Below, in pieces: positions 45,301 through 57,946 of a DNA stretch of 64,000 nt (position 1 is its first letter; every line of letters starts with the position of its first letter). This DNA comes from Setoptus koraiensis (lineage: Eukaryota; Animalia; Arthropoda). Position numbers and translations under genes: made by a program. The stretch covers positions 18,290,001-18,354,000 of the forward strand of contig CM106585.1 in the NCBI GenBank assembly GCA_048013815.1, in the 5' to 3' direction. Below the pieces are notes generated by a model, which was not told the DNA's origin, did not search any database, and saw only the letters and a list, made by a program, of their open reading frames with translations.

Positions 45301-46400
45301 AAAGGCCCTAATGGTTGCGGCCATCATTATTGTTTGAACTCGGGCATCGCGGGCCCGCGTTCGCCACCAATCACTGGATTTGTGCGCCAGTGTTGCGATA
45401 CTCGCCACAGTGTGTGTTGGTGCCAGCCGCATCAAACGAACACCGTAATGGCAATACGCGGCTCGCTGTTCCTTGGGGCCCCGAGAATCGCGACCGAGAA
45501 TCGCGCTCAAGAAACGGGCCCCAACGAGATATTTGGCGGCGCGGCAGGCAGCGCGGACCCCACCTAGAGCGCGCTGCAGCGGTGTTATTATGCAGCCAGC
45601 GAGGCCCCGCGAGAGCGGCGCCTTGCTTGGCCGGGCTGGGGGCTTGTGGGGCGTCTTGGCGGCGAGTCGCCCAGTCGTTTTTGCCAAGTTTGGCGAGCTC
45701 GACACGAGCGCCTGTAGCATGCACAGGGGCGCAAAGAATGCTCGTCCGAGCCACTGTGCAATTTCTGCAATTTTTCTTTATTCTCAATTTTGGCCGGCGA
45801 GACAGCCAGCGAAGGCAGTCAGTTGCACAACCGTATACAACCGCACAACTGCATAACTCGGTATAACTGTAAATATCCATTCTTTATACAACTGGGCGAC
45901 CGTATAGATATTGGATGTGGAGAACAGTGTGCATGGGAGTGTGCATGGGAGTGTGCGCCCATGAACGATACGTCCGCTTCTTCGGGCCGGCGAGAGGCCC
46001 GACGAGGGCTGTGGTCGACAAATTGAGCGGCCCGCAAACCGGGCAACCGACAAACTCGTGCGGCCCGCCAGTCGAGCGGCTCCGCGAGCACCGAACGGGC
46101 AACGGCGAGCCCGCTCTTTTGGCAGCCGAAGAACGGGCGGCCGCCAAAGAACGGGCAGCCAGCCAGCGGAGAGCCAAATATTAATGATCGCGCTGCCATG
46201 ATGTAATCATTTGGCCGCCAACTTTATTGTTTGATTATGTAACAACAACAATTGTCTAGCTCATTGTTGCTAACTGTTGGGGCGCCATTTGGGCGCGCGC
46301 TGCGGCCCCAGTGGCACAGAGTCAGTGCAACTTGTTTCGGGCCCCAAGTTGCGCCAGTCGTGTGCAGCTATTGCTCCCGTTGCTCCAGTTGCTCGGGCGC

Positions 46401-46477
46401 CAACTGGATATAACTTTACAACTGGATATAACTTTACAACTGGATATAAGTTTGCAACTGGATATAAGTTTGCAACT
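46401..46477. repeat. 18-bp tandem repeat x4.3
   Basis: CAACTGGATATAACTTTA x2, then CAACTGGATATAAGTTTG x2. Confidence 0.95.
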
Positions 46478-47008
46478 CGGTGTGCGGATAAATGCGCTGT
46501 AAATAAGAAATAAGAGGCAATTCCGCTGGGTGCAACTGGGCTCCTTGCTCCTCTAACTGTGCGAGTTGGCGCTGCCAATTCTCTGACAGATGATCGCGCT
46601 ACCTGGCGCCCGTCTGTTGCGTGGGCGCGCGTGTGAGATATGGCAATCGGTAATATTGTAATCGGTTGTGATGGGCGCGTTGCCAGCGGCGAGCTACGCG
46701 CCAGCGAGGGACAAAGGAATCATTAGTTTCGTTTCGGCGTGCTCGCAATCGTCGCTCTTCTCGCTCTTGGCAATTCTCGGTCCCCACAATCGTCGGGCCT
46801 CGCAAATTGTGAGCCACAATCGTAGGTCTTTGCAATCGTCGGTTGTCTTGTTATTACATAATGGGCACAACCGCTCGCCGCTGTCAAAGGGCGCTGCGAA
46901 CGCGCCCTGAAACTGGTCCAACTACCGACTATTTCTCGCCTCGCATCGGGTGACTCGCATCGAGTCGCCCGATCGTTGAGCGATTGCCTCAAATCGCCAC
47001 CAGAGCGC

Positions 47009-47097
47009 GACAATCAGCCGGCCCGACAATCAGCCGGCCCGACAATCAGCCGGTCCGATAATCAGCCGGCCCGACAATCAGCCGGCCCGATAATCAG
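47009..47097. repeat. 16-bp tandem repeat x5.5
   Basis: GACAATCAGCCGGCCC units. Confidence 0.95.
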
Positions 47098-50000
47098 TCA
47101 GTCGGGCGGGACCGTGATACGCACGCACTCTGTCGCAGGCGCCCCGCTCATTCGTCGATGTTCACACACGATTGTTCGCCGACTGCTGTGCGGCCCGTCG
47201 AAATGTCACCCGCACCAAACATTGACGCGCAACCCGTACCAAACGCCGATGCGTACCCTGTACCAATGTTTGGCACAGGTGAGCTTGTCAGAGTAACAAA
47301 TTGTTAGTAACAATGTTAAAAGTATGGCAAACGTGGCGCCCACTGTTGTCGCCGGCGCGCAACCCGCTTGCCCGGCACTCGGGCTGTCAACGTGCTACGC
47401 GTCAACGTATTACATAATAGCTTGACACGGGCTCGGCTGTGTCGCTGTCCCGGCGATCGCTGTCGCCGGAACGCTGGCTGTCTGTGGATGTCGGTGGCCG
47501 TCGGTCGGCCCGTCGCGCGATGCGGCCCGCGCTGAGCGAGCCCCGAAATCGATCTGGCGGCTCGAAACGACAGAATAAATAAATCAATTTCCAGTTTCGT
47601 CGACCGCGGCCGGCGCAGTTTCTCGGATTGCGACCGGCGCGATTTCTTGGCCGCTGCCCCGCTCGGGCAGTGCGCGGCCAGAACAAATCACCGCGGAGAA
47701 AGCGGGCCTCTGGCGGCGCCCAGCGGGCCCCGCGGCGGCTATTTGCAACTTTGTCGGAACTGGGCCGAATCGCGCACTTGCCCGCGAGAAGGCCGGCCGC
47801 CAGCGAGAGGGCCGCCAGCAAGAGGGCCGCCAGCGAGAGGGCCGCCAGCGATAGGGCCGCCTGGCTCAACTGTGTCACGGCCGCTGTCCGGCCGAATGCG
47901 GCCGGCAGCGAGCCCGAAATGGCCCAATATATATTCATGTGGGCCCGGCGCGGATATTTTACATACAAGATTGGCTGTTATTGTTTGTTGCGAGTCGGAT
48001 GTGCCTATGGGGGGCGCATACATGGCCGGCGAGTGGCTCAATCATGGAGAGCACCCATTTGGCGACACAACCCATTGGGGGCCTCACAAGTTCTGAGTCA
48101 GAGCTCTCACATTTGCGGGGCACATCGGCAAATGAATACATTTGTATGCCGCTTATTATTTATATCCAGCCGCTGGATTCCGGCGCTGTCGCGCGCAACG
48201 GCTCGGCCCCTTCGGCCGGGCCCCCGCGCCAGCAGCTCTAGTTCAGTGGCTGCGCGAGAGGCGATCGCTTCATCGTGGCACGCGACACGCCGCCACGAGC
48301 GCCTATCATCACCGAATCACGGCCACTTCGGGCCTCCGGCCCGACAGTCCATTCTTTTCTCATTGGTCCGTGCGGGCGTGTGCGCCCTTTATTGCGCAAT
48401 TGTTTCCCGTCTGCAGCCAGTGTCTGTTATTTATGCATTTTGTGCGCGTGTCGGGCGCGCATTGTCGGTCGGCCGCTCGGCCGCTCGCTCGCTCGCTAAA
48501 TTCAATTGCGTAACGCGCCACCGGCGCCATTTGTGAGCCCGCGGTGGCTCGGTCAGCCGTCGTTTAAAGTCGGGCTCGCCGACAACAACCGCTCAATGAG
48601 TCTCGCAGTGCGCGCCGCCAAAACGAGCAGCGGACGCAACAAAACGCGCGCAAGTTATTCCTTCGATCATTGACGGCAGGACGACGGGAACCGGCAGGCG
48701 CCAATTCCAGTCACGTTTGCGACGCAGACGGGCGCGGAATTATGGCATTATCCCGTAACGGTTAACCTTACGATTTGCAAGCTGCCACGGATGTGCTTTT
48801 GGGCCCGACAGGTGAGCGGCCCGATGTCCGCGGGACTGTCGGGCCTGATGTGCGTGACTGTCGGGCATGTGCGCGAGCCGATCCGAGCGGCGCCGCCCAG
48901 AGACACGCCTGCCCGGGACGGAGACGTTGCGCAGAATTGATATATCCGAGCGTCGACGAGCTGTCAATTCGTCGGTGTCTCGCTGCGCGATCCGTGCAAT
49001 GATGGATATGAGCGCCGCATATTACGAGCCGCATATTACACAAGGGCGCCCAATCGGGCCCAAAGTTCCAAATGCGCACGTATGCAAGTATTCAAATGAG
49101 CTGCAAAAAGCGCAAAATGATAAGAGGGCCGCTCGTCACGTACGCTCGATCGGAGGGCTTCGGCGCTGAAAAATGCGCTCGTAAATCGTCATCTGTTTCG
49201 CATGGCGGCGCTCCGAATCTTTCGATTCTTTGGCCCCTTCGACAGTTCGCGCGAGCTCGCCGAGGCCGCCGACTGGCGAATCGGCGGCTGGCTGGCGAAT
49301 CGTCGGCTGGCTGGCGAATCGGCGGCTGGCGAGTCGCCTTGTAAGAGAATCGGGCGCCTATTGCTCGCTCGGCGCGCTTATTTGGCCTCTTGTCGCCGTC
49401 TGTTCGGGCCTCCAAACTCGGCGACTGCCGAGTCGCGAGGTACAAACAGGAGTCGCGACTGTTTATTCAAGCGCCGGCGAAGCGTCTGCAGTTTATCGTT
49501 GCACGAATATTTATATCAGGACTAGAATTTAAGCTGGCGAACGGCAGCCAGGGGCGCAATGTCGAGCGACAAGCCGAGCAAGTCACTATTGGGCGCTCAT
49601 CAATCGGTCGGCGCGTCTGAGAATCTCAATGAGCGATTCTCAGACGGAGGAGTCGCTCGGCGGAAAGCGCCTCTCGCGGGCGACTTACGACTTGCGATTT
49701 GCAGACGTCAAAATACTTGACGCTGCCAATTTGACAGTCAGCTGTTTTGCGTCACTCGCCCACGACGGACGACTCAGACAGCGTGAGTCGGGTGCCGCCG
49801 TCTCACAGACTGTGAGTCACAGTGGCGAGACATCGACCGACCGAGCGGCTGGCTGAGCGGATTACAAGCGCCGTTGATTGTATGCGTATTACGTAGCCAT
49901 TGTGTATTGGCGGTTATTGTAATTTGCGATACAATGGGGCCCGGCGCTCAGATTAGATTAGATTAGCGTGGCCAAATCGCAATGTAATCACTGTGTGTCT

Positions 50001-53000
50001 ATGTGGGCCTAGATAATGTGGGCCAGCCGAGTGGCAGCAATTAGCCGGCGAGAGGGCGAGCGGTAGCGCTGCGTCACAATGCACCCTGGCGGCCACAATC
50101 TGCCATGCCACAAATCGGATCTAGCTGACAGCCGAGAAAGCGCCAAGACGCCCAAAGGGGCCCCACGGCCGCAGGCCTCATTATATCCATATATTACGCA
50201 ATGCCGTTCGAATAATACCGTGTTATTAATACGCTTTTGAGCCATGATGAGCCCATATTATGGCTCATTTATGCCGATCTTGATCGATGATTGAGTTGCC
50301 GTTTTTAACCGAATTGGGGCCTGCAAATCAAACCGTTCGAGTCGGACAGCCAGCACCGGCATACATTGGCTCACCAAGATCCCGGCCAACGGTGCCAGAT
50401 GCGAGCAGAGCGCCCTCTCTCCTCGAAACCCCTGAAGCGGCCTTGGCGTGGGAACGAGGCCACCCGAAACGAGATCTGGCGGGCCGATAATCAGTGGATG
50501 GCATTATCCGCCGACGACTGGCTGCAGTTCGGTCAGCCACTACTGACTCAGTACTACTGACTCAGTAGATTGATTCAATTGACGCCCCCGCGAACGCTGT
50601 CCATTGTGCTGGCCACTGTCAGCCTCGCACGGCCGCCGCTCGCCAGCACCGATGACAAGAGATAAAGAGGGGCCCCAGCGAGCCCACAATGCGCACCGAG
50701 ACGCACAATGTTTTCCCGTTCATACAGCTTGTATCATACAACTTGTATCATACAAGTGTGTGTGAATCATTATTTCTCGTGGGGCTGCCTGCTTAGCTGG
50801 CTCGACAGCTCGGCCCCCATTCATGCCGGGCGCCCGTCAATCGGCGTCTACGCGCCGCTCCATTCGACTCGGCACGGCTCATCAAACTCGCCGATCGAGC
50901 GCACACTCTCGGGCCCCATTTCGCACCCGCTTCGTTTCTGTCGAGGGCCAGTCGGCCGGCGATACCATCGAGTTGATAGAAAAAACGCATATAATAGCGG
51001 CCGAGGCGCGCTGAGAGTATTTAGTTTGGCTGGCAAATGAGCCAGAGCGGGCCCCGTGCGACTGTATTATGGCATTGGGGCCTCCAAATCGACGCACAGC
51101 CGATGGCACCCTGTTTGCTTTCGGTGGCGCACCGACGGACCAAGTGCAAATGTAATTATAGATTAATGACAGGCCCACTGTTGCGCCTGGCCGGGCTCCC
51201 TGGTGGCGGGCCCCGGCACTAGCTTCAGTGCGCCATCACGGTGAAATATGGCCAGCTGTGCCGATACCAGGCCGAGCTGTGGCGCTGTTCGCGAGCCGGC
51301 CCGGCCGCCATTTACCTGTGGCACAGGTAAATTGCTGGCTGCAGTTCGGGCCGGCGGTATTTATATTGTGTTTATATGCTCAGAAAAATACCCATGCCGA
51401 TAAGAGCGCGCACAGATCGCGCCGGCCAGATAAGAGCGCCACTGGGTGCTTGTTACGGACGCCGGCCCGACTGGCGCCCGCAACAACAACACCGACGGCA
51501 ACAACAACACCGACGGCAACAACAACATCGACGGCAGCAACAACACTGACGGCGACAGCGACGCCCCCTGCGCCAGCGCCCGCACAAACGGCAACATCGG
51601 CAAGAAGGGCGGGGGGAAGCCACCGAACGGGCCATTGTGATATCTCTGTGCCGCCGAAATCACTCACCTGTGAGGAAAGGGGCGACAAAATTACGATTGC
51701 GCGATTTGTATTTGTTATTTTATCCGCGCCGCGTGCCATCTCGCCTCGTCTATTAGGCACCTAACAGGTTACCTCTGGTGGCAATTTTCAGTTGCTGGCG
51801 CTCGTTGCGGGCCGGCCTGACCTCTGGCAGCTTATCTCGGGCTCTTTGCAGCTCGTTACTGTAAATGGGCCCGTCGTTTTGCGGCCCGTTGGTCGCCGTT
51901 GGCCCCATTGATGGGGCCCACGACGAGCGTGCACCGCGCGCACAGCGCACTGTGCGCTGTGCACAGTGCACACCGGCAGCCTCGCTCGGCGGAAGAAACG
52001 GAAGCGGCCCCTCGACGCGGCTCTCGCCGCTTGAGCAATTTCGATTGGCGCGCAGTGCTCCGGCGACTGGGCCCCGTTTATAGGCACTTGAGGTCCCGAG
52101 TCGCGGGTCCCGAGTCGAGAGTCGAGAGTCTCGAGAGCGAGTGTTTAACATGACAAATAAAGATAAGTCTTTTGTTATTATTTTTATTGCTGTCGCGGCC
52201 CGATGGCGGCGCGTCTGGCGAGCGAGCGCCGTTCGGAGGGGCCCGCTTCGCGCTGGCCGCCCGCGCGGCCGAGCCGCGGCACGACGCACGCGGCGGACGA
52301 CACACTCACAGGGCGACACACTGGGCGTACTCAGACAGACAGAAGTGCGCGCGATTGATTTAGCCGGAACGCGGCGGCTTGTCGGCTTGGCAATTCGAAT
52401 TTCGAAGGGGGCGCGCGCGATAAGCGCCGCGAATTTTGTGCCGGCCATAAGTACGTGTTTGCCACGTACAAACATACGCACTCAGAACAGTTTTATAATG
52501 AGCTTGCCACTGCGAGCGCCAGCTGCTCGCAAAGGTGAGTGGGTATTATTCGCGGGCGGCGGGCGCCGGGCGAATATCCGATGGCGGCCCGGCCAGACGG
52601 TACCTGTTAGTTGTGTTTACTGTGCGCTAATGCGCGCTATTCGCGCCCTAATGCGACTAACTGTACAATTGTTGTCTTACTGGCGCTGTCATTATTATTA
52701 TTATTGTTATTATTATTATTATGTAACGGCTTGTTACTGTTTCGTCGTGCGTGTGTGACTGACCGTTGGTTTGTTTGATTCGCGCGCTCAGTTTGCTCAG
52801 TCTGGCCACATTCGCCCACTCACACGCGCGTCGCGCGGCCCCATTACGGCCCGCAAACCCGCCAGTCCGACAGCCCGACAGGCCGCCGTCGGCCCGCCAG
52901 TCGGCCCGAACGGTACACGTGAACCGCTGATAAGCGGCCTGCGCAATGGGCAGGGAGCCGCCAAGCGCCGAGCCCATGCACAAAAGTGCAGCCACGGACA

Positions 53001-55065
53001 TATTATACACAATATAAAGTAATGGCCCCGCGCGCGCAGGTAATATTCGTCGTTCTGGTCGCTTAATTCGAGTTATCGTTATCGCTACGTTGCGTAACAC
53101 TGTTACATAACTGGTCAGTTTGTGTGCGGGGGCCAGACTGATGGCCAGTGGCCGCGGCGCATCGACAGCCTGCCGGCGAATACATAAACACACACAGGTG
53201 AAGGGGGCGCAAACAACGGTGTGTCTATATATGTCCTCGTTGTGATGTTTATCTTGGGCCTATTATGGGCCGCTCGGTTGGCCGGACAGCGCGCCACGAC
53301 CATTAGCCGGCCCGGCGGGGTATTTCACCGAGCACACCCACCAGTGGAGACAAAAAAGTCAAAACGGTAGTCAAAAGAGGCTGTCAATTTCCATTGGCCC
53401 GGCCAATCTCCATTGTGATTTCCGTTGTGGGGAAAATTGTCGCAATGTAGCGACTCAAATCATTTGCTACGAGATGCAGGGCGCTCTGAATCAGCGCCCC
53501 TGGCGGTCAGTTGAGCAGGTCATTATTTTTATAATTAGTAGCACCATGACAACTGGTCGAACACGAGCTAACTGGCTCATTTCGGACATGTTTTGGACTG
53601 GCCACTTTCGCATGCTAAATAATAGTATGACAATATAATTATTGTGATGCGTAACGTGCTAATGATAGCGCGTATGTGCCGGTCATAATTGAATATAATT
53701 GAATATTTCTCACCGATGTATCGCAACGATTCGATGGCACCAAACGCGACTAGCTCGACGCAACCCTTAATTAAAGGTGTCGCACGTGCAGTGCAAAATT
53801 ATTATATTATGTAACGCGGCCATTATGTATTATGTAACTTTGTATGTGTCGTTTGGCGATTGTGACAATACACGTGTTCAGTGTACGTGCCAGAGTCACC
53901 ATGTTGTGCGACTATGTCGTGTGACCGCCGAGCTGGTCATAAGTCTCATGAGTTAACGAGTTCATAGGCACCAGACTGCGGTGACCGGAGGCACCGACTG
54001 CGGTGACCGGAGGCACAGATTGAGCCGCCACCGACGCGCTGGCTCCATCTGCGGTCATGTTAATTTACCAGCTTACATAACATGATAATTTATACGCCGC
54101 CAGCGTATAGTACACGCCGGCGAGCACGGCATGACGCAACTTCCGCTGGTTTGTTTTAGGTTGGTTTCAGCAGCGACAACAACAAGCGACTGGCATCAAC
54201 AAGCGAGCAGTCGCTGCTGTCAACTGTCTGCAGTATGACGCCGCGACAGCAAACAAACAGGGCCGGTCGGAGTTAGTCAAGTGAAGTCAATCTTACCATT
54301 AATCACACACACACACACACGAGCAGCGAATTTCGCTCGCTTCGAAAGTTTGCAAACTTCCGAATCTTTCGAAGCCGCGACTCGGGCCCACGAAGCCGCG
54401 ACTCGGGCCTCCGAAGCCGCGAGCCGGGCCGCATGCGACGCGACTCGGCGCACAAAGCAAGCCGAGTGTCGCTAACGAACGCGCCGGCCCCAAACGGGGG
54501 CCCCAACGAAAACCACCGCCAACACAATAATAGATTGTGCGCGCTGTGTTGTCGTGTGTTTCAATCGGATTGTTTCAACTGATAACTCGCCTCTTGTCAC
54601 TGGCCTTATCTAGATCAAACAACAACAACGGCACCAGCACCGTCCTAATGATCCCGCTTGACACACGGGCATGTCATTGTTTGCCGCTCAACTTTTATCC
54701 CTCTGGCCGGGGCCCCACTCAGGCTAATATCACTCATGCTGGCTGGTTGCTGCAACGCGAGCTTCTTGAGCCGGCCGCGCCGGCCAATCTCGGGCCCCCA
54801 TAATATGGAGTCCATATCACACTGTAACATTGTTATGTTTGCAATGCCGGCGAGACACTCCATAATGGCGTCTCCATTCCAATATAATGTATTATTGTAC
54901 TGATTTATGCTCGCTCAATGGCCACTCGCAAACATATATGCATTTATTTGCCATATATTTTATTATCAATCTCATTATCAGTGCGGCGCTTCTCAGCCAC
55001 CGAACACTGGATTGGCTCGTCGTGCGACCTGGCCAATATCGGCCCGGCCAAGTTGCCGTGACCCC

Positions 55066-55096
55066 AGTGGAGCCTCTCGCCGCGAGAGGCTCCACT
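55066..55096. other. Perfect 15-bp inverted repeat with a 1-nt centre
   Basis: AGTGGAGCCTCTCGC-C-GCGAGAGGCTCCACT. Confidence 0.9.
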
Positions 55097-57892
55097 AGCG
55101 TCTATCTTGTCGCCGTGAGAGGCGCTCACTACTTGCTACTTGAGCCTGCCGATATTGTGCCCGTTGGCGCAGGTAATACGGCCCGATTTCGGCCGCCCAA
55201 AGCTTGGGCCGGCTGACCCGTGCGCCACACCCGGCCGCTGCAGTGAAGCCGGCCGATAATTGTGAGCAATGGTCTTGGCGCGGATGCGAGATTGGCAAAT
55301 CTTTCTTCAAATCGAATGGACTCGTGCGCCGAGATTCGACTCGAATCGTTTGAGGCCCGAGTCGGGCCACTCCGCTGGCTCGACCGGATCGATGACTGGG
55401 CGTGCACGAGGCGCTTAATAGACCCGCTCCGCTAGACCAACCAGCAGACTATTAAGTGGTGCACGGTGGCTTTGTACGGGCGCCATCGTTGGCCACAATT
55501 GCGGTCGGCCGAGGCCGATTTTCGCCACATTCGAGCCACTATCACGGGCGCCAATAGTATCGCCAATAGCGAGGCCGCAACTCGCTGCTCGAATTCGCAG
55601 CTCGAATCCGATGGTCGAGCGGACGAAACGGGGGGCGGCAAGAAGCGACGAACGGACTCGACGAACGGACTCGGCGAACAAAACCGACGACAGGAATCTA
55701 ATCGAACCGACAACAAATGGTAAAGAATTGCCGGGCGCCCATTCTTCGCCCGCTGGCGAGGGCCCAAGAATTTATCATTTGTGTGCCACTTTTATATAAC
55801 TGTTATAACAGTTATAACCGTTATAGCTGTTTGTACGAGTGTCTATTATGTAATGGCTGACCACAGCTCGAGCTGATGATAGTCGGAATCAATGCTGCGC
55901 TTCTTTCTCCTCGCCGCTTCTTCTCTGGCGCTTCTTTTCTGGCGCTTCTTTTGGGGCGCTTCTTTTCTGGCGCGGCCCCCCGTCCGAACACTCGACAAGC
56001 TCTCGTTGGAGCTCGCACTTGCCGCTGCTCGCCAGCCCACAACAGCTGCAACTGCGCAAATTGTCCGCCCGTCCGTCCATCTTGTGTGCAATCGCCACTA
56101 ATGACCGACGGGGGCCACGCACCGCGGGGGCCCGTGCCTCATTAGCACCACTTATTGCGGCCAGCACCAGGGGGCGTCTAGTTAATTTTGGCCGGTCGTC
56201 TCTATTGGGTGTTGCGCAACGGTTTCTTGGGTGTTGCCAGAGTTGTCGGCGCGGTCGGTGCGGCGGGCGCTGTTCGCGCTGGCAATGGACCCGATGGCGG
56301 CAATTGTTCACATTGTCTCGGCCAATGTGTCGTCCAGTGACGGCCCCCGCGACAAGCCCACTGAGACAAACCGCACAAAATGGACTCAATACCGCACCGA
56401 ATCGCTGTCGTTTGCGGGCCATCTTTTGCCCGGCGCGACGCTCCAAAAACGAGCCAAAAGATAGCGATTCTCACTGGCGCCCTCGCGGGATATAGGCAAA
56501 CCGTTCGACCGCTAATGATCGGCCCGTCGGCAACCTGACCACCGACACTGACAATATATAACAATGATAATAAGCAGCACAATGACTCGACGGCAATTGT
56601 TTCACTCGCAATTGTCAGTGGGGCCGAGGCGCAGTTCGTGCGCCGATTCCGGCACAATTCACACAACTTGGCGGCACACTGGCACAACTGGCACAACTCG
56701 CACAGCTCTCCGTTTCCGTCCAGCAATATCTGGCCATATCTGCCAGTGGCCACGGCGGATAGTGTTGCGCATCGGACAATATTGTTCTAATAGTCGCTGA
56801 TTGGATCGCGCACACGGCGCATCTCGTGCGGGGATAAATTGATTGGGGCGCCGTTGAGCGGCGCGCCGTTTAGCGCGGCTCGCTCATCGTGGGCGAGCTG
56901 ATTGCGCTGATTGGCCCGCCGTAAACGGGGGCCCGAGCGTGAGCGGCTGCAAATAAGACCTGACGCGCCAACAATCGTGAGCCAACGACAGCAACAACGA
57001 CAACAACAACAACGACGACAACAACGGCCGAGCGAATGCACGCTCGAGCGGTCTCGAGACGCAGCTACTTGGCCCGATGGGATTGAGCACTTGTCACTGG
57101 CACGCTGTCGCGCGGCCCGCCGATTCCGCGCCGCGCCGCGGTGCGGATTCCGTAGACTCCGTAGAGTCTGTAGTCTTCAGAATGTAGCACGGACTGCAGT
57201 TCGGGTTCGAATGAGTTGTGGTTCGGGCATGGGCGTGGCGCCCCTTCGGACTGAGATGCGTCATAATTTGCGCGCTGCAACATTGTGCTGCTGCAACATT
57301 GTGCCGCCGGGCGCGCATTTGGGGCCCGTCGCAGCCAGCAATCGCAAGCAATTGTCACTCCGCGGGCCGCATTTTCCATTTTCGAGCCGGCCAGCGAGCA
57401 CGTGAGGCCGCGCGTAGTTGCGGAGCACGGGGCCCCACGCACAGCACTTTGTTTTGTGCTCATTCCAGTTGGCTGGCTCGCCCTCGACGCTCTTACGCTC
57501 GGCACGCTTCGGGTCTTGGCGGCGCGCTCGTCTGATTGGCCCCCTAATTCCGGCCGGACTGTGCGGGCCGCCGGGCGGCCATTAGCCAGTTTCGGGCGCC
57601 AACTCTCGACTCGCGACGCTCGACTCGCGACTCTCAACTTGAGAGTCTCGACTCTACGCTGGCTCACTCGTTAGCTCAGTCGGCTGTGCCGAGCTCGCCA
57701 ACCAGTAACGCGACTCGACTTGACGGCGCGCCAAATCAGTGCGCCCTAACAGTTGTGACTCACAACTTGCGACCGTCACGCTAGTCGCGATACCGGGCAG
57801 CGGACAGGTGAGCAACTTCCGTCCGGACAAAGATGATTTCGCTCGACGTCAGACTGACTGCAAGCTGGCCGCGTTGTCGGCCGACAACTGCA

Positions 57893-57946
57893 AGCCAATG
57901 TGAGCCAATGTGAGCCAATGTGAGCCAATGTGAGCCAATGTGAGCC
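57893..57946. repeat. 10-bp tandem repeat x5
   Basis: AGCCAATGTG units. Confidence 0.95.

Noticed and set aside
38167-47097. Short repeat arrays as a possible CRISPR array
   Set aside because: Units are directly adjacent with no unique spacers, there are no cas genes, and the context is eukaryotic.
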